Notes: a model not told the origin generated them from the sequence alone. A DNA stretch of 63,906 nucleotides, filler included, from Octopus bimaculoides (GCF_001194135.2; 7 parts of 7 records of this genome joined end to end with filler, not necessarily neighbours in it); one strand, 5' to 3'. Shown: positions 26,807-42,339, numbered from the whole stretch's first letter. Translations and numbers: made by a program.

Positions 26807-27875
26807 CATAGATAGATAGAGGGGGGGAAGAAAGAGAGAGGGAGAGAGAGAAGACAGACAAACAGATAGTCATACAGACAGAGTGAGTGAGAGCGAGAGA
26901 GAAAAGGAGAGATGGATGAGTGGAGGTGTGAGCGTGTTTCTTTGAGACTTTAGAGTTTTTGCTATGAAGAAGTGAATCCAGTCACTAACAATGTATGCAT
27001 ATAAGTGTATTTGAGTACGTGCATATATATGTCTGCTCATGCATGTGTATGCGTACGTATATATGTGTGTTTGTGTGTGTTTCTGTGTGTGCGCGTGTGT
27101 GTATATATATGTTCTTGTGTATCCTAAGTATTTTTTCCCTTATCAATGAACCACTCTCATTCACACGGACAGGTAATTTTCTAAATTTTATAAAATCTAG
27201 TTTATGTTAGGGAATTTGGGAAAAAAAAAAGAATGGTTAACCAATTGTTGTTATCAACGAATTCCATTATNNNNNNNNNNNNNNNNNNNNNNNNNNNNNN
27301 NNNNNNNNNNNNNNNNNNNNNNNNNNNNNNNNNNNNNNNNNNNNNNNNNNNNNNNNNNNNNNNNNNNNNNNNNNNNNNNNNNNNNNNNNNNNNNNNNNNN
27401 NNNNNNNNNNNNNNNNNNNNNNNNNNNNNNNNNNNNNNNNNNNNNNNNNNNNNNNNNNNNNNNNNNNNNNNNNNNNNNNNNNNNNNNNNNNNNNNNNNNN
27501 NNNNNNNNNNNNNNNNNNNNNNNNNNNNNNNNNNNNNNNNNNNNNNNNNNNNNNNNNNNNNNNNNNNNNNNNNNNNNNNNNNNNNNNNNNNNNNNNNNNN
27601 NNNNNNNNNNNNNNNNNNNNNNNNNNNNNNNNNNNNNNNNNNNNNNNNNNNNNNNNNNNNNNNNNNNNNNNNNNNNNNNNNNNNNNNNNNNNNNNNNNNN
27701 NNNNNNNNNNNNNNNNNNNNNNNNNNNNNNNNNNNNNNNNNNNNNNNNNNNNNNNNNNNNNNNNNNNNNNNNNNNNNNNNNNNNNNNNNNNNNNNNNNNN
27801 NNNNNNNNNNNNNNNNNNNNNNNNNNNNNNNNNNNNNNNNNNNNNNNNNNNNNNNNNNNNNNNNNNNNNNNNNNN

Positions 27876-27911
<36 letters not shown>

Positions 27912-28157
27912 GACTTTAATTGAACTTGGTTGTTAGAGAAAGGAAGACAGTAGCTGACATATGCTCCAAACTGAAATGTGATAACTAGAGCGACAATTCA
28001 GAGACAAATATATATGGAGAAAAAAAAACAATAAAACTCTGTATATATGCATAAATATATGTATACATGCATACACACATATGTGTACCTGTGTGTGTGT
28101 ATGAATGTACCTCTATCTATGTATATATTTGTGTGTGTCTAAACACATGTACTCAGG

Positions 28158-28190
<33 letters not shown>

Positions 28191-28446
28191 GTGTGTGTGT
28201 GCGTGTGTGTGTAAACACATATATTAATGTATATAGTATACATGCGTTTATATATATAAATATATATATAGTTCATTTTAGCACGGTGTGGTAGGGGGTC
28301 TAGGTAATTAATTACTCCCCCATAAATACTCCTTTAAAATAGAAAAGATTAAGATCAAAGGGAATAGAAGACTCATAAAAGATATGTAGATACATACATA
28401 GACATATATACATATATACATATATGCACATGTATGCATAATATAG

Positions 28447-28481
<35 letters not shown>

Positions 28482-28871
28482 GCACATGTATGTATATGTA
28501 TTATATTATATTTATGTATTCGCACATGTGTGGGTTTGGTGGGGGTATAATCAAAGATTCAAGGATCTAAGTGTAGCAAGTTTGAAAGCTTCAAGTAGGC
28601 CTTAGTAGGTTTAAAAAAAAAACGTTCAGGAAGAAATATAACTTCATGTATATATACATATATATATGGCGAGAGGGAGAGAGAGAGAGAGGGGGGATGT
28701 ATATACATATATATATATTATGTGTATGCGATTGTGTGTTGGTGTATGTATATATATTTATATATTCACATGTTTAGAAACACATACACGCACACTCACA
28801 CATACACAGACACACACACACACACACACACACTTATATATATATATATATATATATATATTTCAACACAC

Positions 28872-28909
<38 letters not shown>

Positions 28910-30494
28910 CAACANNNNNNNNNNNNNNNNNNNNNNNNNNNNNNNNNNNNNNNNNNNNNNNNNNNNNNNNNNNNNNNNNNNNNNNNNNNNNNNNNNNNNN
29001 NNNNNNNNNNNNNNNNNNNNNNNNNNNNNNNNNNNNNNNNNNNNNNNNNNNNNNNNNNNNNNNNNNNNNNNNNNNNNNNNNNNNNNNNNNNNNNNNNNNN
29101 NNNNNNNNNNNNNNNNNNNNNNNNNNNNNNNNNNNNNNNNNNNNNNNNNNNNNNNNNNNNNNNNNNNNNNNNNNNNNNNNNNNNNNNNNNNNNNNNNNNN
29201 NNNNNNNNNNNNNNNNNNNNNNNNNNNNNNNNNNNNNNNNNNNNNNNNNNNNNNNNNNNNNNNNNNNNNNNNNNNNNNNNNNNNNNNNNNNNNNNNNNNN
29301 NNNNNNNNNNNNNNNNNNNNNNNNNNNNNNNNNNNNNNNNNNNNNNNNNNNNNNNNNNNNNNNNNNNNNNNNNNNNNNNNNNNNNNNNNNNNNNNNNNAT
29401 ATATATACATGTATGTATATAGATGTATATGTGTGTGTACTTCTATATGTGTAGACTTGTATGTATGTATGTATGTATGTATGTACGTACGTATCTATGT
29501 ATAACTGCTTGTAGACATTCTCAGAGTTAATGGCGGTCGGCGAATGTAACATTTGTGAACTAAAACACCATCGTAACTATATATGACATGGGCAGAAAGC
29601 GTAACCACCTTTCTACTTATTTTTATTACTCTTATCCCTCATTTGTCCCTCTCTCTCTCTCTCAGCCATTTGTCTTGCATTCTACACTGTTTTCTTGTAT
29701 TTATTTGGTGGGCGAGAATAGTTTTTTTTTGTAACTTTTCTAATTTTTGTTGGTTTTAGTGAGTTCTTTTACTTTATTTAGATGCCAGATTTTTCTTGAA
29801 TTTTTTGTTGTTAGTTATTCATTCATTTATTTATTTATTTATTTATTTTTGTATTCACTGATATAGATACGTATGTCTCCATATATCTTGTCTGTTGCTA
29901 TTAAAGTAAGTTTTTCTATGTGAGTTTTTGTTTGTAGCATGTATACCTGCGCGAATGGTGATATCTATACGATGTAGGCTTGTATCTATATCTGTATGTA
30001 TTAGTCTGCCTCTTCCTTTCTTTCTGTTTTCTCCCCCTCTCTCAGTATACACACACACATATAAATACCTTCAGATATATATACATTTATATATACACAC
30101 ACACACATACACTCATAGGTATATACGTATACATATATATATATAAATGTAAAGTTATGTATGTATGTAAGACCTTGAAGGTTTTAGTCGGCCTTGTCGA
30201 CTCCTGTGCTTATTATTCAAGTCTGATACATATTATACACCCTTCTTTGGTGAAATCCTAATGTTACAAGGCAGTAAACAAACCAACCCCAGTTAACAGA
30301 GGGTTGTCACACACATGTACGAAGGAATTTCTGACAGTTTCTGTCAACGAAATTCCCTCATGACTTATTGGTAGGCCCGGGTCTATAGAAAAAGTGATTT
30401 GTGTGAGGTATCACGCACAGGTACTGAAACCGAAAGAACGTGGTGGCAAAGCGAGTGTTTTAACTACGCAATCGTGTCATATATAGTCTTGTAT

Positions 30495-30862
30495 GGAGGC
30501 GCAATGGCCCAGTGGTTAGGGCAGCGGACTCGCGGTCGAAGGATTGCGATTTCGATCCCCAAACCGGAAATGTGAGTGTTTATTGAGCGAAAATAACTCA
30601 AACTCCACCAGGCTCCGGCAGGAGGTGGTGGCGAGCCCTGCTGTGCTCTTTCACTACAACTTTCTCTCACTCTTTCTTCCTGTTTCTGTTGTACCTGTAA
30701 TTCAAAGGGTCAGCCTTGCCACACTCTGAATCTCCCCGAGAACTACGTTAAGGGTACACGTGTCTGTGGAGTGCTCAGCCACTTGCACGTTAATTTCACG
30801 AGCAAGCTGTTCTGTTGATCGGATCAGCTGGAACCCTCGTCGTCGTAACCGACGGAGTGCCA
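30495..30862 (+). mobile_element. SINE family C with tail Y
   Basis: Same head and middle as 18476; different 3' half (..gaactacgttaagggtacacgtgtc..gacggagtgcca). Confidence 0.9.
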
Positions 30863-30992
30863 CGTTATGCCATCATGTATATTCTCATGTATGATGGTAG
30901 TCTTTCGTTGTCAGAGAAAGACGGTTCAGCAATTTCTAGCCGAAATATTTGCATAAGCGATTTGTCCTTAGTGATCAACTTATGTGTTTTAT

Positions 30993-31180
30993 ATTAGCTC
31001 ACTCTGTCTATCAAATCGACGTTGCCTGAACAGATGCACGGTGTACCACAGGTAAGGTATCGAAGTGATCGCAGAGAAAGTTGAGGTGAAATTTTTTGCT
31101 CAAGAATGGAACGCACGACTCGATCCAGGAATTGAAACCACGATTGCAAGACTGCAGTACCCAAACATGCGCCCCACATC
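30993..31180 (-). mobile_element. Diverged SINE, family D
   Basis: Shares tgttcagg.aa.gtcgatttgat..gtgag with the copy at 63702. Confidence 0.6.
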
Positions 31181-31213
31181 TCACATTTCCATATATACTT
31201 GAACTTAGATAGG

Positions 31214-31282
<69 letters not shown>

Positions 31283-31378
31283 GTGTGTGTGTGAAAGTAA
31301 GATGTGGTGTGACAGATTCATAGGTTTACTGAATGAGAGAATAAGATATGGTTAGTTTTTCTTTACTGTTCTCGAATG

Positions 31379-31472
<94 letters not shown>

Positions 31473-31718
31473 TCTCTCTCTTTCTTTCACTCGATGGTAT
31501 CTTTCTTTTATTCTACCTCTTTCTCTCCTTCAACATATGGAACCGATAATCAATTACAAATGATTTCCACGACCATTGGCCTTCGTCAGCATCAACAGAT
31601 GACATAAAGCATTTCAATTCATCGATCCATCCAATATCCGAGTGGTTCCTTTTACTGTTGATATAATATAATATCTACATCCTCTCCCTCTCAAACACAC
31701 ACTCTGTTTACCTTCCCA

Positions 31719-31780
<62 letters not shown>

Positions 31781-34179
31781 ACTCCAACTTTCTTTTTCCT
31801 CCTCTTTATCCTGTTCCCCATCATGTTTAGTATTCAAGCCCTGTCTTAATCAACTTTTTCTTTTCATATCTACGGGGTCAATGAAATATGTACTTGACAT
31901 GAACTGATGTCGATTCCATTGATTTCGCTGTTATTCCAACTCTTGCTCTTGTCTAGATTATCATCTAAATATATTGCGAAAATTCTTTGGCTTTAGCACT
32001 GTTGTCTAACCGAGAACAGCATCTTTGGGTATATTGTGCAGCAACGAATGTACAATATATACCATTATATTTGATCAAGCTCACTTCTTTTTGTATTGCT
32101 TTTTATTTTGTACTAAGGATATTTAGACGGGTCATATATATTGGTTTCAAATTTTGGCACAAGGCCAGCTATTGTGTGGGAGTGTGTAAGTCGATTACAT
32201 CAGCCCCACTGCTCAACTAATATTTTTTTCATTGATCTCCAAAGAATGAAGGCCAAGTTGACCTTGGTGGCATTTGAATTCAGAACGTAGAAACGGACGA
32301 AATGCCGCAAAGCTGTTTGCCCAGCTTGCTCAATGATTCTGCCAAAACGCTGCTTCATACGGCCCTACATGTTCAAGGATCAAATTGAACCCTTTAATGT
32401 CCCCTCTATATTTGCATAGATCAAATTTAGTCGCTGCTAACCTCTTCTTTCCTCCAGTCTGTGGTGAAAAGAATTATTATTTGTCAGGTACATCGACGCC
32501 TTACCTCCATCGTGGCATTGTGTTTATCTTTTATTTTTTTATTTATTTCATTTATTCCAAGACGGCCATACTGGGGCACATCACTGAATAGTTTAATCTA
32601 TATATATGAAAAAAAGTTATTTTATTCCACACGGGTAGAAATGCAAGATAAATAGATGTTAAAAATGCACTGAGAATAGTTGAAATATTTTTTTATTAAT
32701 ATATTTAAAGCTTTAACCGGTTTCACATACATACATGCATACGTGCATACATACATACATACATACATACATACATACATACATACGTACGTACATACAT
32801 ACATACATACATACATACATGCATACATACATACAAAAATATCCTGTTGTTGATGTTGAAATTCCAATGAGGGAAACTTGGATCTAGGTTAGAAACCGGT
32901 TCTTTCTCTATTGGCAAGAAATCTTGAAATAAACTGAATAAAGACATACATACATACATACATACATACATACATACATACATACATACATACATACATA
33001 CATGCATGGTGTCTGTGAATTGCCTTAGCAATTTGAAAACAAATACTGAAATAAAAATGCAAAATTGATAGTAGCACTGGAGAGTTTATTGGAAAACAGG
33101 CAGACAGATAAAATTTTATCAGAAACTTCAAAACACTTCCGTGAGGGCTCCATTGGTTGCACACAATCAATGACACAATAAATTATGGAAGTTGCAAAAA
33201 TAATTTATGGACAACCTGTGTATTTGAATCCATCAATCCATCAGTCACGGATTCCAGTGGTAACCATCCCAACTTCATCCACACTTTATCTAGCGCCACA
33301 GAGACCAACCTGTCCTTAAGTCTGTGTGATGTTAGATTACGATTTGAGTGAGATATGTCTCGTTTTTCTAGTATATCGAGCAACTGTGTAGAGGTTCTCT
33401 CATTCACATGATTAGCACAAATTTGTAGATTCGTTTGACGCTTAATGCCTTATACTTGTGTTCTTCTGTACTTCTGTGGACAGCAAAAAATTGTCCAGTG
33501 ATTATGATAAATACGTTGTAATTTCCTGAAAGAAAACTTGGTCATTTATTAACCCATTTCATGTTCAAACGTTCTCATATTCTATATCACACGACTGGTT
33601 ACTTTAAGAACGTGTTACATTACCTTACATAACATTAGAAATCTGCTGTTCACACAATAAAAAAAATACCAGAAGGTTTAATGAAGCTTTCGGCTATACT
33701 TGTAGTGCAATGTTCGAAGCGGCTGCATGAACAACTGACACACATTGGAACTAAGTTTTTAACGAAACTTCATTGCAGAACAATGTGAAAGGTGAACCAA
33801 TTAACACAATATTGTGCGGAGGTTTCCATGATTTCTATTTCTTTATTAATGTAATTTTTGTTTCTCTGTTATGGAACGTCAAATGCAGCCCCATCATTTT
33901 ACATGATGGATATCGCATGCCTGAAGATATGTCTACCACGAAAATGTATAAAATTACCACATTTCAACATAAGCTGATGGTATTGTTTTTTCTTTATTCT
34001 TTTTCTTTTGAAATAATCAACGCATAACCGTTTTATGCCAGATTTATGCGTGTATATGTCTATATATATGCAAATAGACGTCTGTATTAGTGAACGCTCG
34101 TATGTTTCTTCACATACATTGCACACTTACACAAATGGATACTTATATATATATATGTGTGTGTGTATGTGTGTGTGTA

Positions 34180-34211
<32 letters not shown>

Positions 34212-34283
34212 CGAGAGAGAGAGAGCGCAGAGAGATGTATACATGCATATATAGATATGTGTGGGTATACATGAGTGGGTGTG

Positions 34284-34378
<95 letters not shown>

Positions 34379-36493
34379 ATGTGCGTATGTGTGTATGTGT
34401 GTGTATATATGTATACAAACGCATACAAATATAAACACACACACGCACGCACGCACACAAACTCACGAATACACAGACACAACTCTTGGCTCCTGATTTA
34501 GAAGATGACGTTCGTTTGCGAATTGCTCTATTATTGTTGTTATTAATTCATCATCATCATCATCATCATCATCATAATTATTAACATCACTATCTCCATC
34601 ATGAACGTCATCAATGTTATTATGTTCATTGCGATCAGCATTTGGTGTGTTGGCGTGTTCGCTTATAGGAGGAATCCGACTGTTAAACATGAAAGATTTG
34701 CAGGTATAATCAAAAAGACGACGTGGTAGAGTCAGCACTAAATAAAGAAGAAAAAAAAAACAAAAAGAAGAAGCTCACCAACGAGGAGAGACTATTTCCT
34801 GTTGCTGAATACGGCAGTCGTGCGTGACAGCAAAAGTTTGCTCCACAATAAAATGGCGACTGGTTTTGATACCGAATATAATAGAGTAGATTTCTTTGGT
34901 TTAAATATATACGTTTGCGTGCGTGCATGTGTGTGTGTGTGTGCGTGTGTGTGTGCGAGTATGAGATGTGTGCCTGTGTGTATGCATACGTGCATGCATA
35001 TACACACAATGTTAGGCATAGATGTGTATATATACGCATATATACATATTTATGTGTATGTATATAATTTATGTATTTGAATATATATATACAGATTTGT
35101 GTGTGTCTGTGTGTGTATGCGTGTATATATGAATTTATAGAACTATATCTACCGAACTCTGTAAACCATGGAATAAGTGTAATACCACTAAATCCGTTCT
35201 TCCCTTGTTACTTGTATATGTGTGCGTGTGTGTGTTTGTATGTATGTATATATATATATATNNNNNNNNNNNNNNNNNNNNNNNNNNNNNNNNNNNNNNN
35301 NNNNNNNNNNNNNNNNNNNNNNNNNNNNNNNNNNNNNNNNNNNNNNNNNNNNNNNNNNNNNNNNNNNNNNNNNNNNNNNNNNNNNNNNNNNNNNNNNNNN
35401 NNNNNNNNNNNNNNNNNNNNNNNNNNNNNNNNNNNNNNNNNNNNNNNNNNNNNNNNNNNNNNNNNNNNNNNNNNNNNNNNNNNNNNNNNNNNNNNNNNNN
35501 NNNNNNNNNNNNNNNNNNNNNNNNNNNNNNNNNNNNNNNNNNNNNNNNNNNNNNNNNNNNNNNNNNNNNNNNNNNNNNNNNNNNNNNNNNNNNNNNNNNN
35601 NNNNNNNNNNNNNNNNNNNNNNNNNNNNNNNNNNNNNNNNNNNNNNNNNNTATATATATGCATATACATATCTGTAATATATATATACGTATGTATTGTA
35701 TTGATAGATAGAGAGTCAGACTATGTGTCGGGAACAGAGATATACACAGGCGCCTTCATACACACGCACGCATACAGATGGACGGATCCACATGTACACA
35801 CGCGCGTGCACACACACGAGCGTGCGCCACGCACACATGCACACACACACACATTCACACACACACATGCAAGTCCCGTAACTATAATGGCATTGAATTG
35901 GCAGTTTCACTAGAATATTGGGCAAAATATCTTCTCTTCGGCTCATTATACATTGGGGTCATCATTCGCATTTTGTCTTTCTTCCTCTCAAGGTTCTTCC
36001 CACAACGCTACAATTCAAATTCTTGGGCTCGTCCATGCTGTACAGCCCAATTGAAATGAAAAAGCGGTAGAGTGTATAACTGCGTCTTTTCATAATATAA
36101 CCGCTGCTCTCTCACATTTATAACAATCAAAGCCTTTAATTTATCGATCTTACGTCCCTGGTTAAGATATCTGTAAAAACAAATTTTAGGCTGACTTGAA
36201 ACAAAAGATTCCTCCGAAATGTGTAGGGACGAGCATGGATCTGTGGTCAGTTTCAATTTCCATGCCCAGCATCTTGGGCATGTATGTATGTATGTATGTA
36301 TGTATGTATGTATGTATGTATGTATGTATGTATGTGTCTTTTCATAGTATAATCGCTACCCTTTCACATTTATAAGAATCAAAACCTTTATTTTTATCGA
36401 ACTGAAGTCCCTTGTTAAGATATCATTTCGCCATGATAGATCGCTAGCCACTAAACCTCATTCTATTTTCTCTCGCTGTTTATTTCGGTGTTC

Positions 36494-36529
36494 CTTTCTG
36501 TCGAAGAGCGTAGGCTCGAAACGTAAAAG
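36494..36529 (+). ncRNA. Degenerate minimal type I hammerhead-like motif in a Penelope-LTR-like repeat
   Basis: cttt CTGTCGA a GAGC-gtag-GCTC GAAAC GTA aaag: helix I, core with one mismatch, helix II and palindromic helix III. Related copy at 47897-47934. Confidence 0.55.
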
Positions 36530-37183
36530 ACTTTCCCACTTCCCGAGAGTTAAACTAATACATCTGTTTGTTGTTTACACACACGTCTTCGTCTTTTGTT
36601 TTTTTGTTTATTTTTTTTTGTAAATTCTCACTATGTATGTATATACATACTTAGATACATACATATATACATAAGTGTGTGATGGGGTATTCCATTTTAG
36701 TGTGTTTGTCCTCCATCTACAACACCTGACAAACGATGTTAGCTTATGTTCGTCCTCGAAACTCAGCGGTTCGGCAAAAGAAACCTATAACGTAAGTACC
36801 AGACTCATAGAAGAAAAAGAAAATTATGTTGTTCCTAACATGGCTTGAGTCCAATGATTAATGCAAATAAAATGATAAAAATATATATTCAGTTATTGAG
36901 TCGATTCGTTTAAATAGATGAATAACAAAGAAGCTGCACAGAATATTTAATGTATCATTTTATATTTTGCACATTATAAACATCTCAAAATGTCCAGTGG
37001 CTGATAACCTTGTGCCGCGTCATTTCGTCCTTATTTTAAATTGTCAGCATGGTGTAAACGCGATTCAAGTAAATACGCTTAATTAAAACATTTTACGAAG
37101 TTAGATAATTCTACCAGCAAAATAGTTTACTGTTTAAAAGGCAATTATGGGATGTTAAGCATTTTTCTTTTTTTTTTCTTTTT

Positions 37184-37560
37184 GGCTGCATGGTAAGATG
37201 CTTGCTTCTCAACCACATGGTTCCGGGTTCAGTCCCAAAGCGTGGCACCTTTGCTAAGTGTATTCTCCTATAGCCTCAGGTCGACCAAAGCCTTGTGAGT
37301 GAATTTGGTGGCTGGAAACTGAAAGAAGCCTGTCGTATATCTGTATGTGTTTAGGGAGTGTCTTTGTATCTGTGTTTCTCCCCTCGTCACCGCTTGAGAA
37401 CCGGTGGTGGTGAGTTTACCTCCCCGTAACCTAGCGGTTCGACATGGAAAGACCAATAGAATAAGTACTAGGCTTTAAAATAAATCATGGAGTCGATTTG
37501 TTTGACTAAAGCCATTCAAGACGGTGCTCTAGCCTGGCCACAGTCAAATGACCGAAGTCA
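37184..37560 (+). mobile_element. SINE family A, diverged
   Basis: aaccacatggttccgggttcagtccc..gaccaaagccttgtgagtg..agcggttc. Confidence 0.85.
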
Positions 37561-37609
37561 ATATTTCCAATAGTTACCTTTCTGGGGTCTTTTAGGTGCA
37601 TTTCATATA

Positions 37610-37820
37610 CAGTAATCCCTCGTCATATCGCGGTTCACATATCACAATTTATTAGTTAAACTTACGGCAATTCCACCGTGGTGTTGTTTTGCATTTATAA
37701 TAAAATAAATATATACAAATTATAAGAACAATAAAGAAATCATACAGTACTGTTTTACTTCGCGGATTTTCACTTATCGCGGTTTGGAACGTAACACTCG
37801 CGATAGTTGTTTGATTACTG
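37610..37820. mobile_element. pogo/Tigger-like MITE
   Basis: TA flanks; ends cagtaatc..gattactg; subterminal tatcgcg motifs. Confidence 0.7.
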
Positions 37821-38277
37821 TACATCATATTCTTGTCTAATTTTAGCACATGGCAAACATTTTTTTAAGAGAGTGCGAAATCGTTTACAGTGACCCAAGT
37901 ACTCAATTGCTCCTTATTTTATCGACCCCAGATATTTGAACTCGGATCGTAATGAACCGGAAGAAATGACCCTATACATTTTCCGGTGCGAGAACGATTC
38001 TGCCAGCTCACCACCTTTGATATACATTCATGTTGAAGGTATGAAGTGAAAAACATCACGTAATTTTCGGCAATGATTTGATTAATATTGTATTGTTATA
38101 TGAGTGACATCTATGACAGGTTTTTGACGGGTTTTCAGACGCGGTTACGGATAACGGATATTATTTGTGACAAATTTTCACGCTATTTCTCTACTACATT
38201 TTTTTGGATAATCGGATATAATGACACACAAGCGGACAGAGATAGGAGTGGAGAGGGAAACAGAGACAAGAACCACT

Positions 38278-38405
<128 letters not shown>

Positions 38406-38741
38406 CCTGAGCAAATCTTTCGGAAACGTATCAGGAACATTTGTGATTCTAATACCACCAGTGAGTCAGCCTGAATTAGTTTGAAATCCTGCTAAAACAA
38501 GCAGCTTAATCTCACTCAAATCACACCCGGTCCTAAACACACTTGAAAATATAACGTGAGACAATGCACTAACAAACTAGAAAGTATAGGGCTTGAATTC
38601 CTCAGAGAATGTGCAATCTCTGGTTGATGTGGGTATCATCAACAATAATGAATATCAATACAATAACCGAAATATAATATATGTTTATGAAAGAGATTTG
38701 AAAGAATTAGATACTAACAACAAATTCCAAGTGACGTTTCT

Positions 38742-39177
38742 AATATTCTACTGTACTCTAGGCACAAGGCCCGACATTATTGGGGAGGGGCCAGTCGATT
38801 AAATCGACTTCAGTACGCAACTGGTATTTAGTTTATCGACTCCGAAAGGATGAAAGGCAAAGTCGACCTCAGCGGAATTTGAACTCAGAACGTAAAAACA
38901 GACAAAATACCGCTAAGCATTTCGCCCGGCGTGCAAACGTTTCTTATTTCTTCATTGCCCACAAGGGGCTAAACGTAGAAGGGGGCAAACAAGGACAGAC
39001 AAACGGATTAAATCGATTATATCGATTCCAGTGCGTAACTGGTACTTAATTTATCGACCCCGAAACGATGAAAGGCAAAGTCGACCTCGGCGGAATCTGA
39101 ACTGAGAACGTAAAGGCGGACGAAATACCGCTAAGCATTTCGCCCGCCGTGCTAACCACTCTGCCAGTTCGCCACCT
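38742..39177 (-). mobile_element. Dimeric family B SINE, second copy
   Basis: Same left arm, linker and truncated right arm as 23191. Confidence 0.85.
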
Positions 39178-39392
39178 TGGCATTTCTAGTATCAGCAACA
39201 ACTGTAACAAATAACAGTAGCTGTGGTAACAACAGCAGCAGCATGGAAGAACAATAGAAACCAGCAGCAAACAACAAAGCATTGACAAGGAATGTCAACA
39301 CCGACAACATCGACTACATCACCGTCGTCGTCATAGGCGCCTTCATCACCACCGCTTTCGCCAGTACCACCAGCATCACTACCACCACCACC

Positions 39393-39424
<32 letters not shown>

Positions 39425-39543
39425 TATCAATCATGATGACATTTCAGCAGCATCAACAACAATAATTGTAACAACCACTGCAATCGACTACCAACAATAG
39501 GCCACGATGTGAAGAGGCCAAAGATAAAAATTAATAAAGTAGC

Positions 39544-39591
<48 letters not shown>

Positions 39592-39613
39592 GGTGGTGGT
39601 GGTGGTGGTGGTG

Positions 39614-39656
<43 letters not shown>

Positions 39657-40283
39657 ANNNNNNNNNNNNNNNNNNNNNNNNNNNNNNNNNNNNNNNNNNN
39701 NNNNNNNNNNNNNNNNNNNNNNNNNNNNNNNNNNNNNNNNNNNNNNNNNNNNNNNNNNNNNNNNNNNNNNNNNNNNNNNNNNNNNNNNNNNNNNNNNNNN
39801 NNNNNNNNNNNNNNNNNNNNNNNNNNNNNNNNNNNNNNNNNNNNNNNNNNNNNNNNNNNNNNNNNNNNNNNNNNNNNNNNNNNNNNNNNNNNNNNNNNNN
39901 NNNNNNNNNNNNNNNNNNNNNNNNNNNNNNNNNNNNNNNNNNNNNNNNNNNNNNNNNNNNNNNNNNNNNNNNNNNNNNNNNNNNNNNNNNNNNNNNNNNN
40001 NNNNNNNNNNNNNNNNNNNNNNNNNNNNNNNNNNNNNNNNNNNNNNNNNNNNNNNNNNNNNNNNNNNNNNNNNNNNNNNNNNNNNNNNNNNNNNNNNNNN
40101 NNNNNNNNNNNNNNNNNNNNNNNNNNNNNNNNNNNNNNNNNNNNNNNNNNNNNNNNNNNNNNNNNNNNNNNNNNNNNNNNNNNNNNNNNNNNNNNNNNNN
40201 NNNNNNNNNNNNNNNNNNNNNNNNNNNNNNNNNNNNNNNNNNNNNNNNNNNNNNNNNNNNNNNNNNNNNNNNNNNNNNNNNAT

Positions 40284-40315
<32 letters not shown>

Positions 40316-41032
40316 ATATCAATTCATGCATACGTTGATATACATATATAAAACATTATATATAACAGGCACACATATGTATAGACCAAATAATATAGAC
40401 ATAGACGTATATAAATAAATATACATGCATAACTACATGCAGATACATATTCAAATCTGTGTGTGTGTGTGTATGCACGTATGTGTGTTTGTGTGTATGT
40501 GTGCATGTGTAAAAATTGCGTGCCTGCAAGAGTGCCAGCTACGTGCACGTTTTCAGCGACATGCTATATGTCTTCTGTGCGGCTTGCTCGTGCTCTTTGC
40601 CACAGATTTCGTTTTAATTTTTGGTTTCAGTTCCAATTTCAATATTAATTTTATAAACGCCGCCTTTGCTGATTGGTTGAAGTGATACATCATCTGGCGT
40701 CAAATTTATTTCTTTAAATGAATCTTCTCTAACTCTCTCTTTCTCTCACTCTCTCCCACTCTTCCTCTCCCTCTCCCTCTTTCAATGCCTCTGTCTGTTT
40801 GTCTGTCTGTGCGTCTCTAGCTCTCTCTATTTCTTGTTTTCCTATCTGACGGTCGAAATATGTGCGGTGTATTGGTTATGCACACTTCCATATGCTCACA
40901 CACATATATATATATATATACATACCTTCATGCATTTATATATATATATATATATANNNNNNNNNNCAATGTGTTTGTGGCCAGTTAATGAGCTGGATGT
41001 GGTGCTGAAGAAGGAACAATAACTCTGAAATA

Positions 41033-41073
<41 letters not shown>

Positions 41074-41865
41074 GCACAAACCCATTCCCTATGATTCTGT
41101 CTTCGATCGCATTGTTTACATAGACAGATTTGTATACAAGACGTTGTAACTTTCAGTGATGGCTCTAAATTCTAACTTCTGTAGAAAAGCTGAAGAGATA
41201 ACTTAATAGTGATTGAATCACACTGCTAGCACAGTATCGACTCATAAACATTTAATATACTTGTTAGTACATTTAATATACTTGGTAGTAATGTTAAACG
41301 AAATACGGTCTCCCTACGAGCAATTAATAAAAATGTTAGTTCAATAAAACAAATCTACATTTTTCCTTGTCCATTTACCACCACTACCTCTACCACTACC
41401 GTCATTATCACCACAACGTCCACCACAATCACCGCCACCATCTCCACCACATCAACCAACATCGCAGCCACCAGCACTATGCTTTGCAGTAACAAATGTG
41501 TCCAAGTTGTTTGCCAACCAAGAATATTTTCAGTTCATTTCGGTTCAGTTGTTTGTTTCTATCTACTTGCCGCCGATGTATCTATGTACTCTGACAATAC
41601 AAAGTTGGAATAAGATATAAAAAAAAATATTAACATCCGCTGCTATTTTGCTAAGATATTTTCACTTCCATTGACAAATCTATTTTCTATCAATGATAAG
41701 TTTACTATTATATCTAATATAAGCCTTCTTTCTTTCGTCCAGCCATCGACGTATTTGTCAATGTGGAAAGATAGATAAATAGATCCAGAGATAGAAAATT
41801 TTAAAAAATTGAATATTAAAATCTTATTTTCCAGCCAGTTACAATAAATATTGTATATACAAGTA

Positions 41866-42075
41866 TGGTGAGCTCACAGAGTCGTTAACACGTGGAGCAA
41901 AATGCTGCGCGGCATGTCGTCCGTCTTTACGTTCTGAGTTCAAATTCTGCCAAGGTCGGCTTTGCCTTTCATCCTTTCGGGGTCGATAAAATAAGTTCCA
42001 GTTGATACTGGTACTTCTGTAAACGACGTACCCCCTTCTCTCGAAATTGCTGGCCTAGTAACAAAATTTGAAGCT
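41866..42075 (+). mobile_element. SINE family B
   Basis: Family B core. Another plus-strand copy at 55693-55906. Confidence 0.85.
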
Positions 42076-42339
42076 AATCTATGCATACACAACCACTTAT
42101 ATATTGTGCATAGCTTAGGAGACGTAGAAACAAGTCAGTAATGTCTTTAAATCAAGAACAGAAATATATCAGGTTTAATGATGCACGAACGATACTTTGA
42201 ACATAGTAGTTCTAGATGCACTATGTGTGAGTAAAAGTTGGGACGGTCACAGCTGTAGCATCTTTGATCATAAGATTACCTAACTAAGTCTTGTTTTGGA
42301 ATAAGCAATGAAACCACACACATACATTTTATGTAAAAA

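Noticed and set aside
33160-33420. Minus-strand ORF faintly like a Tc1 transposase C-terminus
   Set aside because: No catalytic motif (no SPDLNPIE) and no TIRs recognised.
35890-36070. Hydrophobic ORF LEYWAKYLLFGSLYIGVIIRILSFF and strong acceptor at 35993
   Set aside because: T-rich DNA readily yields such peptides; no good donor and no recognisable family.
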